Position numbers and translations under genes: made by a program. Of a stretch of 33,479 nt of DNA, positions 26,918 through 33,479 are shown one piece after another. The notes beneath the pieces were generated by a model, which did not search any database, was not told the DNA's origin, and saw nothing but the letters and a program-made list of their open reading frames with translations. The stretch comes from Candidatus Hydrogenedentota bacterium (GTDB lineage: Bacteria > Hydrogenedentota > Hydrogenedentia > Hydrogenedentales > SLHB01): positions 1 through 33,479 of the forward strand of contig JAJDAB010000249.1 of assembly GCA_029262095.1 (NCBI GenBank), written 5' to 3'. How positions within the stretch are numbered: the stretch's first letter is position 1; each line of letters begins with the position of its first letter.

Positions 26918-27690
26918 TTGGCGATTTCAACGCGTGCTACGGCCACGGTTCGACCGCGCGCATCTTGCGCCAGAACGACTACGGCGAGTGCGTTGCTATC
27001 ATCAGGAATGGTGAGCGCCCCATTCCACTCGGCGGAGGCGCGTTGTTTCATGGCGACGCTGTCACGCACGACGGCGGTGTGGTGCAACTCTCGGCCGCTA
27101 TTCTCGCCACGTTTTACATCTGTCGATATCTCGTTTTCTGCGAGTATGGCCAAAACGTTCCAGGCCGTGGTGTCAACGCCGATATCCGCACTCGCCTTGA
27201 CGGACACAATCTCGCCGGTCTTTTCCAACGTTAACTCTAGCGGGTACTTTTTCTGATTTCCTGCGTTCTTGATCACGCCATGTGCGCGACTACGATCACT
27301 GCCCACAAACTCGGCGCGGCCGTCGACCACCATTTGAGGCGTATAGAGCCCGCGCGCGCTCAAGTCGCGCGCGTATGCTTGTTGCCGGGCGGTCGCCGTT
27401 TCAGAGGAATAGGGGTCCGTCCAGCCCAATCGATTCCAGTAGTCGACGTGCCAAGACAGTGGGATGATTTCCACGCCATCGATAGGTTGATCGGCCAACG
27501 CCCGCAACAATTTGTCGGCGGGCGGGCAACTGCTGCAACCCTGCGAAGTAAAAAGTTCGACTACAACCGGTGTACGTGCGATTCCAGACTCGCTATTCGC
27601 CATCACATGCCGATTGACTAGTAAACCGCCAGCAAAAACGGTAACAGCGAGAAACGCGAATACCGCTAACTTACGATTCATGCGCGACAT
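26914..27690 (-). CDS. DUF1223 thioredoxin-like secreted protein
   Basis: Signal peptide MSRMNRKLAVFAFLAVTVFAGG, then VVELFTSQGCSSCPPADKLL and SWHVDYWNRLGWTDPYS, typical of DUF1223. Start at the Met at 27690 or 27681 rather than 27747. Confidence 0.82.
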   Translation of the reverse strand: MSRMNRKLAVFAFLAVTVFAGGLLVNRHVMANSESGIARTPVVVELFTSQGCSSCPPADKLLRALADQPIDGVEIIPLSWHVDYWNRLGWTDPYSSETATARQQAYARDLSARGLYTPQMVVDGRAEFVGSDRSRAHGVIKNAGNQKKYPLELTLEKTGEIVSVKASADIGVDTTAWNVLAILAENEISTDVKRGENSGRELHHTAVVRDSVAMKQRASAEWNGALTIPDDSNALAVVVLAQDARGRTVAVARVEIAN

Positions 27691-27777
27691 CCCAGTTGGT
27701 TTCGTTCCGACATGGGTGAATTCACGGCCCGCAGGATTCCATACCACAGAACGTCGGTGATGCGTTTTGGTCTGTAC

Positions 27778-28383
27778 TCAGGTATCAGCCGCATTTTGGA
27801 AAGTGTCCGTGGACGCTTGGTATCGGCCTCGTTTGTCCATGTAAAACTCCTTGATGCGCTCCAAGTCCGCGTCGATGTCGCCATTGACTTCGACAACCGG
27901 GCCATAACCTCCGCACTTGCGCGCGTAATCGAGATACCCAAGTACAATGGGGACGTTCGCACCGCGTGCAATAAGATAGAAACCCTTTTTCCACTCAGTG
28001 ACCTCTTTGCGTGTCCCTTCCGGCGGGATGGTAATTATGAACGCTTCTTCCTCTCGAAGCGTGCGAATCAGCTGTGTAGCGATTCCATGGGCTCGGGCGC
28101 GATCAACTGGAATCCCGCCCAGCCAACGATAGAACAAGCTTAGACCAGGCGAGAACATTTCCTTTTTCCCCATCCAATAGATTCGATTGCGCGTCGCGAA
28201 GGTAATGGCGAGCGTAAACACGAAGTCCCAATTGCTGGAGTGGGGAACCGCGAGTAGGACATATTTCTTAAGGGCGGGCGGATCGCCTTCAACGCGCCAA
28301 CCGAACGCTTTGAGCCACGCCACGCCAATCCAATACGTCGCAGTCCTCATGAATGGCGTGTCGTATATCGTGTATCGCAGCAC
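27778..28383 (-). CDS. PlsC-like lysophospholipid / 1-acyl-glycerol-3-phosphate acyltransferase family protein
   Basis: HX4D motif (VPHSSNWD) and PEGTR motif (IPPEGTRKE). GTG start at 28383 has GGAG 8 nt upstream. Alternative ATG at 28350. Confidence 0.82.
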   Translation of the reverse strand: MLRYTIYDTPFMRTATYWIGVAWLKAFGWRVEGDPPALKKYVLLAVPHSSNWDFVFTLAITFATRNRIYWMGKKEMFSPGLSLFYRWLGGIPVDRARAHGIATQLIRTLREEEAFIITIPPEGTRKEVTEWKKGFYLIARGANVPIVLGYLDYARKCGGYGPVVEVNGDIDADLERIKEFYMDKRGRYQASTDTFQNAADT

Positions 28384-28619
28384 AGCGCGTACTCCAGTTG
28401 CACGGCGGAATAAGTAAAGGGTAACAAACAGCGATGTCCCCTACAATTCTGAGGGATAAACGCGCTGTAAATCGATGTCCTGTTCTGAAACAGGCGCTTC
28501 GATTTGAATCGCGTTGTGCCGCCCTTCCTCGGAAATCCCTCTCGCGTGTCGGCGCGATTCTCGTCCAAAAGTATTGTCATTGAATGCTTTACGCAGAGTA
28601 GGACTCGATTGTTGGGAGT

Positions 28620-28635
28620 TGGCACGCCAATTGTA
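28620..28635 (+). promoter_or_regulatory. candidate sigma54 (-24/-12) promoter upstream of hsp20
   Basis: TGGCACG-CCAA-TTGTA versus the consensus TGGCACG-N4-TTGCW, with one mismatch in the -12 GC. It lies 53 nt before the ATG at 28688. Confidence 0.3.
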
Positions 28636-28687
28636 CTTTCAGTCCGCAGAATTGAGATTAGTCACTACTCGGTGAAGGAGATCAACA

Positions 28688-29122
28688 ATGACTAGTTGCT
28701 ACAACGTATACCCCCGCACAGATTTTGGACGGCTACAACGCGAAGTCGACCGGGTCTTTGGTCACGCGGCCGATGCGGCGCGGCCGATTCTAGGCACGAG
28801 TCGAATTGGCGAGGACGAGAACAACCACTACATCGAACTGGATGCGCCGGGCTTGAATCCGAAGACTCTGAACATTTCGTTCCAGAATCAAGAGTTGACC
28901 GTTCACGCTGAATACTCGGCACCGAATTCTGACGAGAATTCGACACCGATTCAATGGCGCAGTGGGACGCCACGCACGGGTGAATTCAACCAACGGTTCA
29001 AGTTGCCCGAGACGATCGATTCGGACGAAATCCACGCCGCCTACAACCATGGCGTTCTGCGAATTTCGGTTCCGAAATCGGAGACGAACAAGCCACGCCA
29101 AGTTTCGGTTGAAGTCAGCTAA
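28688..29122 (+). CDS. Hsp20 / alpha-crystallin family small heat-shock protein
   Basis: Alpha-crystallin domain (HYIELDAPGLNPKTLNISFQNQELTVHAE ... AAYNHGVLRISVPK). GAAGGAG RBS 7 nt upstream. Confidence 0.9.
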   Translation: MTSCYNVYPRTDFGRLQREVDRVFGHAADAARPILGTSRIGEDENNHYIELDAPGLNPKTLNISFQNQELTVHAEYSAPNSDENSTPIQWRSGTPRTGEFNQRFKLPETIDSDEIHAAYNHGVLRISVPKSETNKPRQVSVEVS

Positions 29123-29150
29123 AACTCGCGCAACGCGATTCCTATAGATT

Positions 29151-29183
29151 GGCCGGGGCGCGTGTACAGTCCGCGCCCTGGCT
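29151..29183 (+). terminator. GC-rich hairpin downstream of hsp20 (possible terminator, no U-tract)
   Basis: GGCCGGGGCGCG (29151..29162) pairs with CGCGCCCTGGCT (29172..29183), including two G-U pairs. The loop is TGTACAGTC. No T-run follows on either strand. Confidence 0.4.
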
Positions 29184-29612
29184 TCCAGAATACCTCGGGA
29201 GGGTCAAGGTCAAGATGAACGGTCACATCGAACAGCGACAAACGCACCTCCTCAATCCGATTTTCGCGCGCGCAGTTGGATCAAACAGGGTCGTGGTTCT
29301 ACAACCGCTATTCCGGCCCGAAGCACCACCATCGTGGAAATTCGGTACTCGAATCCGGGACAGGTCGCCGGAGGTCAAATAGGCCAAGTTCGCGAGACTC
29401 TTTTTGAGACGCAGCACCTCATTTCGGCGCTGCGCTTCGTCGTCGCCTATTTAGAATCGGAAACGCGATTCGCTAACCTATGTCGTTCCAACATTTTCAA
29501 CGACCATTGAATTGTGTCGATTTTGGCATGAGTCCTGCTCTTAGAACGTAATCGAGAGAGGAATACTCCGGCTACGCGGCCGGTTAATAATAGCGACTCA
29601 GGAGATTGTGCA

Positions 29613-30344
29613 ATGCCCTTTGGATTTTTCGACCCGACGATTGCCTTGTTGTTGCCTGCATTCGCGTTTGCAATGTGGGCGCAACACAAGGTGAAGTCGA
29701 CCTATGCAAAGTACTCGCAAGTTGGCACGCGCGCTGGACTGACCGGCGCGCAAGTGGCGCAACATGTCTTGCATGACGCCGACGTCCCTTCCCTGGGCAA
29801 TGCGCACGGAATTCGCGCCGAGGGTGCCGTCGGCTTAGAAGCAACTCCGGGGCACTTGACTGACCATTACGATCCACGGTCGCGCACGTTGCGGCTCTCG
29901 GACGAGGTCTATCACGGACAGAGTGTCGCCGCACTGGGTATCGCCGCGCACGAAGTCGGCCATGCCATCCAACACAACCGCGCATATGCACCGTTAATGG
30001 TGCGCAACATCGTCTACCCCGTTTGTTCAATCGGGTCGATGGGTGCTTTCCCGCTCTTCTTCATTGGACTGTTCATACCAAGCGGCCTTGGACAGACAAT
30101 GATGTTGGCGGCAATCGCGCTTTTCACACTGGCTGTCGCTTTTACGGTGATCACCTTACCGGTAGAATTTGACGCGAGTCGACGTGCAATTCGGGCGCTC
30201 TCAAGCGGCGGATATCTCACGCAAGACGAACTAACCGGCGCGAAGAAAGTTCTCAACGCCGCCGCGCTAACGTATGTCGCCGCAACCGCGATGGCAGTGA
30301 TGAACCTGGTCCGAATGGTATTGATTGCAAACTCGCGGAACTGA
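29613..30344 (+). CDS. YugP-like putative neutral zinc metallopeptidase (PF04298-type), membrane associated
   Basis: MPFGFFDPT... N-terminus, HLTDHYDP, an HExxH site (AAHEVGHAIQH), and C-terminal hydrophobic helices. AGGAG 9 nt upstream. Confidence 0.85.
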   Translation: MPFGFFDPTIALLLPAFAFAMWAQHKVKSTYAKYSQVGTRAGLTGAQVAQHVLHDADVPSLGNAHGIRAEGAVGLEATPGHLTDHYDPRSRTLRLSDEVYHGQSVAALGIAAHEVGHAIQHNRAYAPLMVRNIVYPVCSIGSMGAFPLFFIGLFIPSGLGQTMMLAAIALFTLAVAFTVITLPVEFDASRRAIRALSSGGYLTQDELTGAKKVLNAAALTYVAATAMAVMNLVRMVLIANSRN

Positions 30345-30366
30345 CTACGAATACATTCCACGCCGG

Positions 30367-30435
30367 GCTTGTGGCCGGTGTCGCTGGGAGAACTTAGGTA
30401 GATTCGGGCACTTGGTCAGGAGACCGGCCACAAGC
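30367..30435. terminator. 13-bp perfect inverted repeat with 43-nt spacer between convergent genes
   Basis: GCTTGTGGCCGGT (30367..30379) is the reverse complement of ACCGGCCACAAGC (30423..30435). It lies between the YugP-like stop and the XRE-gene stop, at the GC-content break. Confidence 0.35.
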
Positions 30436-30467
30436 AGTCTTGGGGAGTGTTCGCCAGTTTCATTGAA

Positions 30468-30971
30468 TCAATGAGCTTGATCCATCATTAGCTTAAAAGT
30501 GGCGTAGTATCCCATTAGAGTGCTAATCGACATTTCTCGGAGGTCTGCCTCAACTTCCGGATTCTCAGCGCGAAGCACCTCTGCCATTTCTTGAATGACT
30601 CGATCTTTCACCCCCGTTCGTTTCACTGATTTGATCGGGTCATTAATATCCGAATCCCTTGAGCTCGTCTCAACTCGATTGGTGCGGCCCGCTGGCTTTT
30701 GGGTACGTTCGAATCGATGGATGTTTCCTTCGCTTAGAATCAACTTGACGGCATGCTCAGCCAATACCATAGAGTCCTCACGCATTGAAGCTGAACGTCC
30801 ACGCATGAAAGCAGAAAGCGTGCCTGATTCTATATTGGCGCGTTCCGCGACATAGCCCTGCTTAATTCCACGGCTGGATGTCAGCTCTCGGATACTCTCT
30901 CGAAGATGTTCACTGCGATTTTCCCTATTAGAGCGACTGGAATGTCTTGACGGTGGTTTATTGTCAGGCAT
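30468..30971 (-). CDS. XRE-type helix-turn-helix regulator with unknown C-terminal domain
   Basis: After a basic Ser/Arg-rich head, LRESIRELTSSRGIKQGYVAERANIESGTLSAFMRGR fits the HTH_XRE pattern. The C-terminal 90 aa match nothing I recognise. Low GC relative to neighbours. Confidence 0.65.
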   Translation of the reverse strand: MPDNKPPSRHSSRSNRENRSEHLRESIRELTSSRGIKQGYVAERANIESGTLSAFMRGRSASMREDSMVLAEHAVKLILSEGNIHRFERTQKPAGRTNRVETSSRDSDINDPIKSVKRTGVKDRVIQEMAEVLRAENPEVEADLREMSISTLMGYYATFKLMMDQAH

Positions 30972-31258
30972 GTAAATCGACCTCGATGTTGTGATTGGAG
31001 TGATTGTAAACCATTAGCTAAATCTGAACGCGTTAGGAACCAAGAGACTCTTGTTGTAGGCACATCCTTAGATTCAAGTATCTAATATTCATGAAATTCT
31101 ATCTATCTTTTAAAACAATTTCCACCAAACAAATAAGTAAATTATTGACAATATTATACCACATATTGATGCATTACGAATTTGGACCCAAATATGTGAA
31201 CTTCCAGCTGAATACGCGAATGAGGATTCTTGGCCCATGAATCTAAATTTGAAAACAC

Positions 31259-31287
31259 TAGACCTATCTTCGATAAAAATCTATAAT
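31259..31287 (+). promoter_or_regulatory. candidate sigma70-type promoter for the small membrane-protein gene
   Basis: TAGACC (31259..31264), a 17-nt spacer, then a perfect TATAAT (31282..31287). GGAGGG (31301..31306) lies 6 nt before the ATG at 31313. Confidence 0.45.
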
Positions 31288-31312
31288 CCACAGTCCAACC
31301 GGAGGGCTGGTT

Positions 31313-31684
31313 ATGACAGAGTTACTCGCATTTTTGAACTTTGTTCTTGGATATGTAACGTCCTACATTGTTCGAGAGACTCCGACGCACCCCCAACTGA
31401 TTCCGGGCTCTGTTGTCTTGGCCGTGTGCGTAATTACGTTTGGGTTACTTGTCTTTGCACTGAGGCGGGCACTCAACTCAAGACCAAGTCTCAATGACCA
31501 AAAAGCAGATATACCATTGACGGTGATGGTGCTAGGTCTAGTTGGCGCGCCGATTCTTGCCGTCGTAGTGCTTGTCACGTGTATGATGCTCGGAGTATCG
31601 TCTGCCCTAACTGGTACAGCGATGAGCGTACCAATCCTGTCATTCCTAATTTTGGGTTTGATTACGATTCTTCGAGTCTTGTAG
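31313..31684 (+). CDS. small hypothetical membrane protein (four predicted TM helices)
   Basis: 123 aa with four hydrophobic stretches (LLAFLNFVLGYVTSYIV, SVVLAVCVITFGLLVFAL, LTVMVLGLVGAPILAVVVLVTCMML, SVPILSFLILGLITILRVL). Good RBS and promoter. No family recognised. Confidence 0.6.
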   Translation: MTELLAFLNFVLGYVTSYIVRETPTHPQLIPGSVVLAVCVITFGLLVFALRRALNSRPSLNDQKADIPLTVMVLGLVGAPILAVVVLVTCMMLGVSSALTGTAMSVPILSFLILGLITILRVL

Positions 31685-31768
31685 CCAACTGTTAAAGTCT
31701 TGGCTTGGAACTCATCCACGAGAGTTCAAGAACGGCCACAACGTTTCCGCCGTGGCCATTAATCAGTG

Positions 31769-31798
31769 TTCATCCGTTTCGATCCGCGTTATCCGTGT
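31769..31798. repeat. three phased ATCCG repeats, sister of 22271..22300
   Basis: ATCCG starts at 31772, 31782 and 31791 (spacing 10 and 9 nt). 19/30 positions are identical to 22271..22300, including GCGTTATC(C/T)GTG. It ends 12 nt from the thiolase stop codon. Confidence 0.65.
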
Positions 31799-31810
31799 TC
31801 CTATTTTCCC

Positions 31811-32974
31811 TTAATCGCAAAGCTCGTACACTCCTGCCGCGCCCATGCCGCCGCCGACGCACATCGTCACAACGCCGTATTTGCCGCCGCGGCGTTTGAG
31901 TTCGTTGATAATTTGGACGGTCAGTTTGCCGCCCGTGCAGCCCAGTGGGTGGCCGAGTGCTATCGCGCCGCCATTGACATTGACCTTGTTCGCATCGAGA
32001 TTGAGATTCTTGATCACGTGCAATGCAACTGATGCGAAGGCTTCGTTAATCTCGAAGAGGTCGACATCTTCGACTTTAATCCCGGCGAGCTCGCAGGCCT
32101 TGGGAATCGCCACCAACTGCGCTGGCCCGAGATACGCCGGTGAATCGGCGGCGACCGCATAGCTCTTGAATTTCGCGAGCGGCTTTACGCCGTGTTCTTT
32201 CACTGCGTTTCCACTCATGACCATGACGGTCGCAGCGCCATCACTCATCTGGCTGGAATTTCCGGCGGTGTGAAACCCGAGTTTCGGGCTCGCCGCAAAT
32301 GCGGGTTTCAACGCACCGAGGCCTTCCATGGAAGCATCCCGGCGTGGGCCTTCATCCGTATCGAATACGATCGGTCCGGACGGGCCGTTCGGCACATCCA
32401 GCGGAACGATTTCGTCTTTGAATCTACCGGCGTCTATTGCCGCGACGGCTTTCTGGTTACTTCCGAGCGCGAATTCGTCAATTTCCACGCGCGAGTAGCC
32501 GAATTCTTTCGCGACGTTGTCGCCCGCGTTACCCATGTTGATATAAACCTCGGGCTTATGTTGCGTAAGGTAGGGATTGGGCGACATTTTGGCGCCGGGC
32601 ATATGAACGAGACTCATCGATTCTGTGCCGCCGGCAATCGCACAATTGAGCAAGCCCGCTTCGACTTTCGATGCGGCGATCGAAATGGCGTCAAGGCCGG
32701 AAGCGCAGAAACGGTTCACCGTCGCCGCACTAATCGTATCCGGCAACCCTGCACGCAATGCGGCAATACGCGCAACGTTCATCCCTTGCGCTTGTTCCGG
32801 AATTGAACATCCGAGAACGACGTCTTCCACTTTCTCGGCATCGATCCCGGCGCGGCTTATGGTTTCTTTGATGACTTCGGCCGCCATATCGTCGGGGCGG
32901 TAATTCGCTAGCGCACCTCGGTTCGCCTTCCCCACTGCTGTGCGGGCGCCAGCCACAATGTATGCGTTGTCCAT
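31811..32974 (-). CDS. acetyl-CoA C-acetyltransferase (thiolase II)
   Basis: MDNAYIVAGARTAVGKA start at the ATG at 32974. Active-site Cys region VNRFCASGLDA, and C-terminal NGGAIALGHPLGCTG and CVGGGMG motifs. Confidence 0.92.
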   Translation of the reverse strand: MDNAYIVAGARTAVGKANRGALANYRPDDMAAEVIKETISRAGIDAEKVEDVVLGCSIPEQAQGMNVARIAALRAGLPDTISAATVNRFCASGLDAISIAASKVEAGLLNCAIAGGTESMSLVHMPGAKMSPNPYLTQHKPEVYINMGNAGDNVAKEFGYSRVEIDEFALGSNQKAVAAIDAGRFKDEIVPLDVPNGPSGPIVFDTDEGPRRDASMEGLGALKPAFAASPKLGFHTAGNSSQMSDGAATVMVMSGNAVKEHGVKPLAKFKSYAVAADSPAYLGPAQLVAIPKACELAGIKVEDVDLFEINEAFASVALHVIKNLNLDANKVNVNGGAIALGHPLGCTGGKLTVQIINELKRRGGKYGVVTMCVGGGMGAAGVYELCD

Positions 32975-33047
32975 GAACTCGATCTCCCAGACCGCGCGCA
33001 GCACGATCCCTTCATATTAGTTTCGTTTCGATTCTCAAGAAAAACAG

Positions 33048-33479
33048 TTACCACGCCACTTGCGCGGGAAAATATTTCGCGATGAGGTCTTCGTAGTACG
33101 GTCGGAGTTTTTCCGCATTGGGTCGCTCCGGCGTCTTTGAATACAAATCATATGGATTAAATTTCCGGACCCACTCGAACATCTCACGATCGTGGTCGCT
33201 CATGAGGTGATCGTAGGCGCCTTCTTTGTGTGCCGCGTAAAACGAGTGATAGCGAATCATATACAACGATTCTTCGGGCAGGTAATCCTTCGAGACGAGA
33301 TACATGTACTCATCATGGCCCCACGACATAGTCACTTGATCAAAACCTTGACCTTCTCTATATAACCCGCACTCAGTATTGAGCTCCGGCTTGTCATGAT
33401 CGGGATTCGACGTAAAGAATTCTGGATACACAATTTTTTTGGAGAACGCGCAACCCAACGGAAACGTATCGCCGACGAC
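33048..33479 (-). CDS. myo-inositol oxygenase, C-terminal part (N-terminus outside window)
   Basis: The frame stays open to the window edge (VVGDTFPLGCAFSKK...). WGHDEYMY, RYHSFY, NPYDLYSK and the terminal ...YFPAQVAW match the MIOX HD-domain family. Confidence 0.85.
   Translation of the reverse strand, partial: VVGDTFPLGCAFSKKIVYPEFFTSNPDHDKPELNTECGLYREGQGFDQVTMSWGHDEYMYLVSKDYLPEESLYMIRYHSFYAAHKEGAYDHLMSDHDREMFEWVRKFNPYDLYSKTPERPNAEKLRPYYEDLIAKYFPAQVAW

Noticed and set aside
28384-28687. CIRCE (TTAGCACTC-N9-GAGTGCTAA), ROSE-type thermometer or sigma32 promoter upstream of hsp20. Also ORFs 28347..28625 (-) and 28504..28695 (+).
   Set aside because: No CIRCE dyad is present. The only GAGTGCTAA half-site in the window is at 30517..30525, inside a coding region. 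The TTTGAAT...CCCTTCCT match to the sigma32 consensus is weak. The two ORFs lack an RBS and have an implausible composition.
29132-29471. 10-bp direct repeat AACGCGATTC at 29132..29141 and 29462..29471, a possible target-site duplication.
   Set aside because: A single 10-mer match within a 490-nt region has roughly a one-in-ten chance of arising randomly by my rough estimate. No terminal inverted repeats sit inside it.
31769-31798. Reading the minus-strand RNA (ACGGAU repeats) as CsrA/RsmA binding sites.
   Set aside because: The sister array at 22271..22300 has CAGAU instead of GGAU in every unit, so it lacks the essential GGA. A shared function is therefore unlikely to be CsrA binding.
1-33479. 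Scan for tRNA, rRNA, CRISPR repeats, transposase/integrase genes and known riboswitch-like leaders.
   Set aside because: I saw no T-arm/acceptor pattern in any intergenic region, no regularly spaced repeats of 24-40 nt, and no DDE, tyrosine or serine recombinase motifs in any frame. A covariance-model scan would be needed to exclude small ncRNAs.

Overview
Dense 33.5 kb chromosomal segment. GC is mid-50s % by hand counts on sampled stretches. The gene content fits an environmental Gram-negative, possibly PVC/Planctomycetota-like, but that is a guess. I call 31 protein-coding genes, two cut by the window edges. I saw no rRNA, tRNA, CRISPR array, transposase or integrase. All family assignments come from motifs I recognise by eye; no database search was possible.

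Gene content, left to right:
- Metallohydrolase-like tail, membrane protein, Tat-exported Gfo/Idh/MocA oxidoreductase, secreted alpha/beta hydrolase, penicillin/AHL-acylase family Ntn hydrolase.
- AadA-like nucleotidyltransferase sitting between two G+T-skewed non-coding blocks, then a secreted TPR protein.
- A tightly coupled minus-strand operon: gpmI, neutral-ceramidase-like protein, phosphoethanolamine N-methyltransferase-like enzyme, membrane EEP phosphodiesterase.
- Tandem YkgJ Cys-cluster protein, a DprE1/DprE2-like epimerase pair, queE plus a tandem-domain queD, and a 997-aa DUF2339 membrane protein.
- A minus-strand run ychF, hicA, hicB and two Gfo/Idh/MocA oxidoreductases; the last four are joined by ATGA overlaps.
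- ftsY, DUF1223, PlsC-like acyltransferase, hsp20, YugP-like Zn peptidase.
- A 1.3 kb low-GC islet with an XRE-type regulator divergent from a small 4-TM protein, then thiolase and a truncated myo-inositol oxygenase.

Best candidates for something undescribed:
1. The ceramidase-like / phosphoethanolamine methyltransferase / EEP head-group operon.
2. The low-GC XRE plus 4-TM islet.
3. hicAB translationally chained to metabolic genes.
4. An orphan DprE1/DprE2 pair outside an actinobacterial context.
5. Several families of short non-coding elements: REP-like hairpins, a 15-mer placed just after two stop codons, and phased ATCYG decamers.
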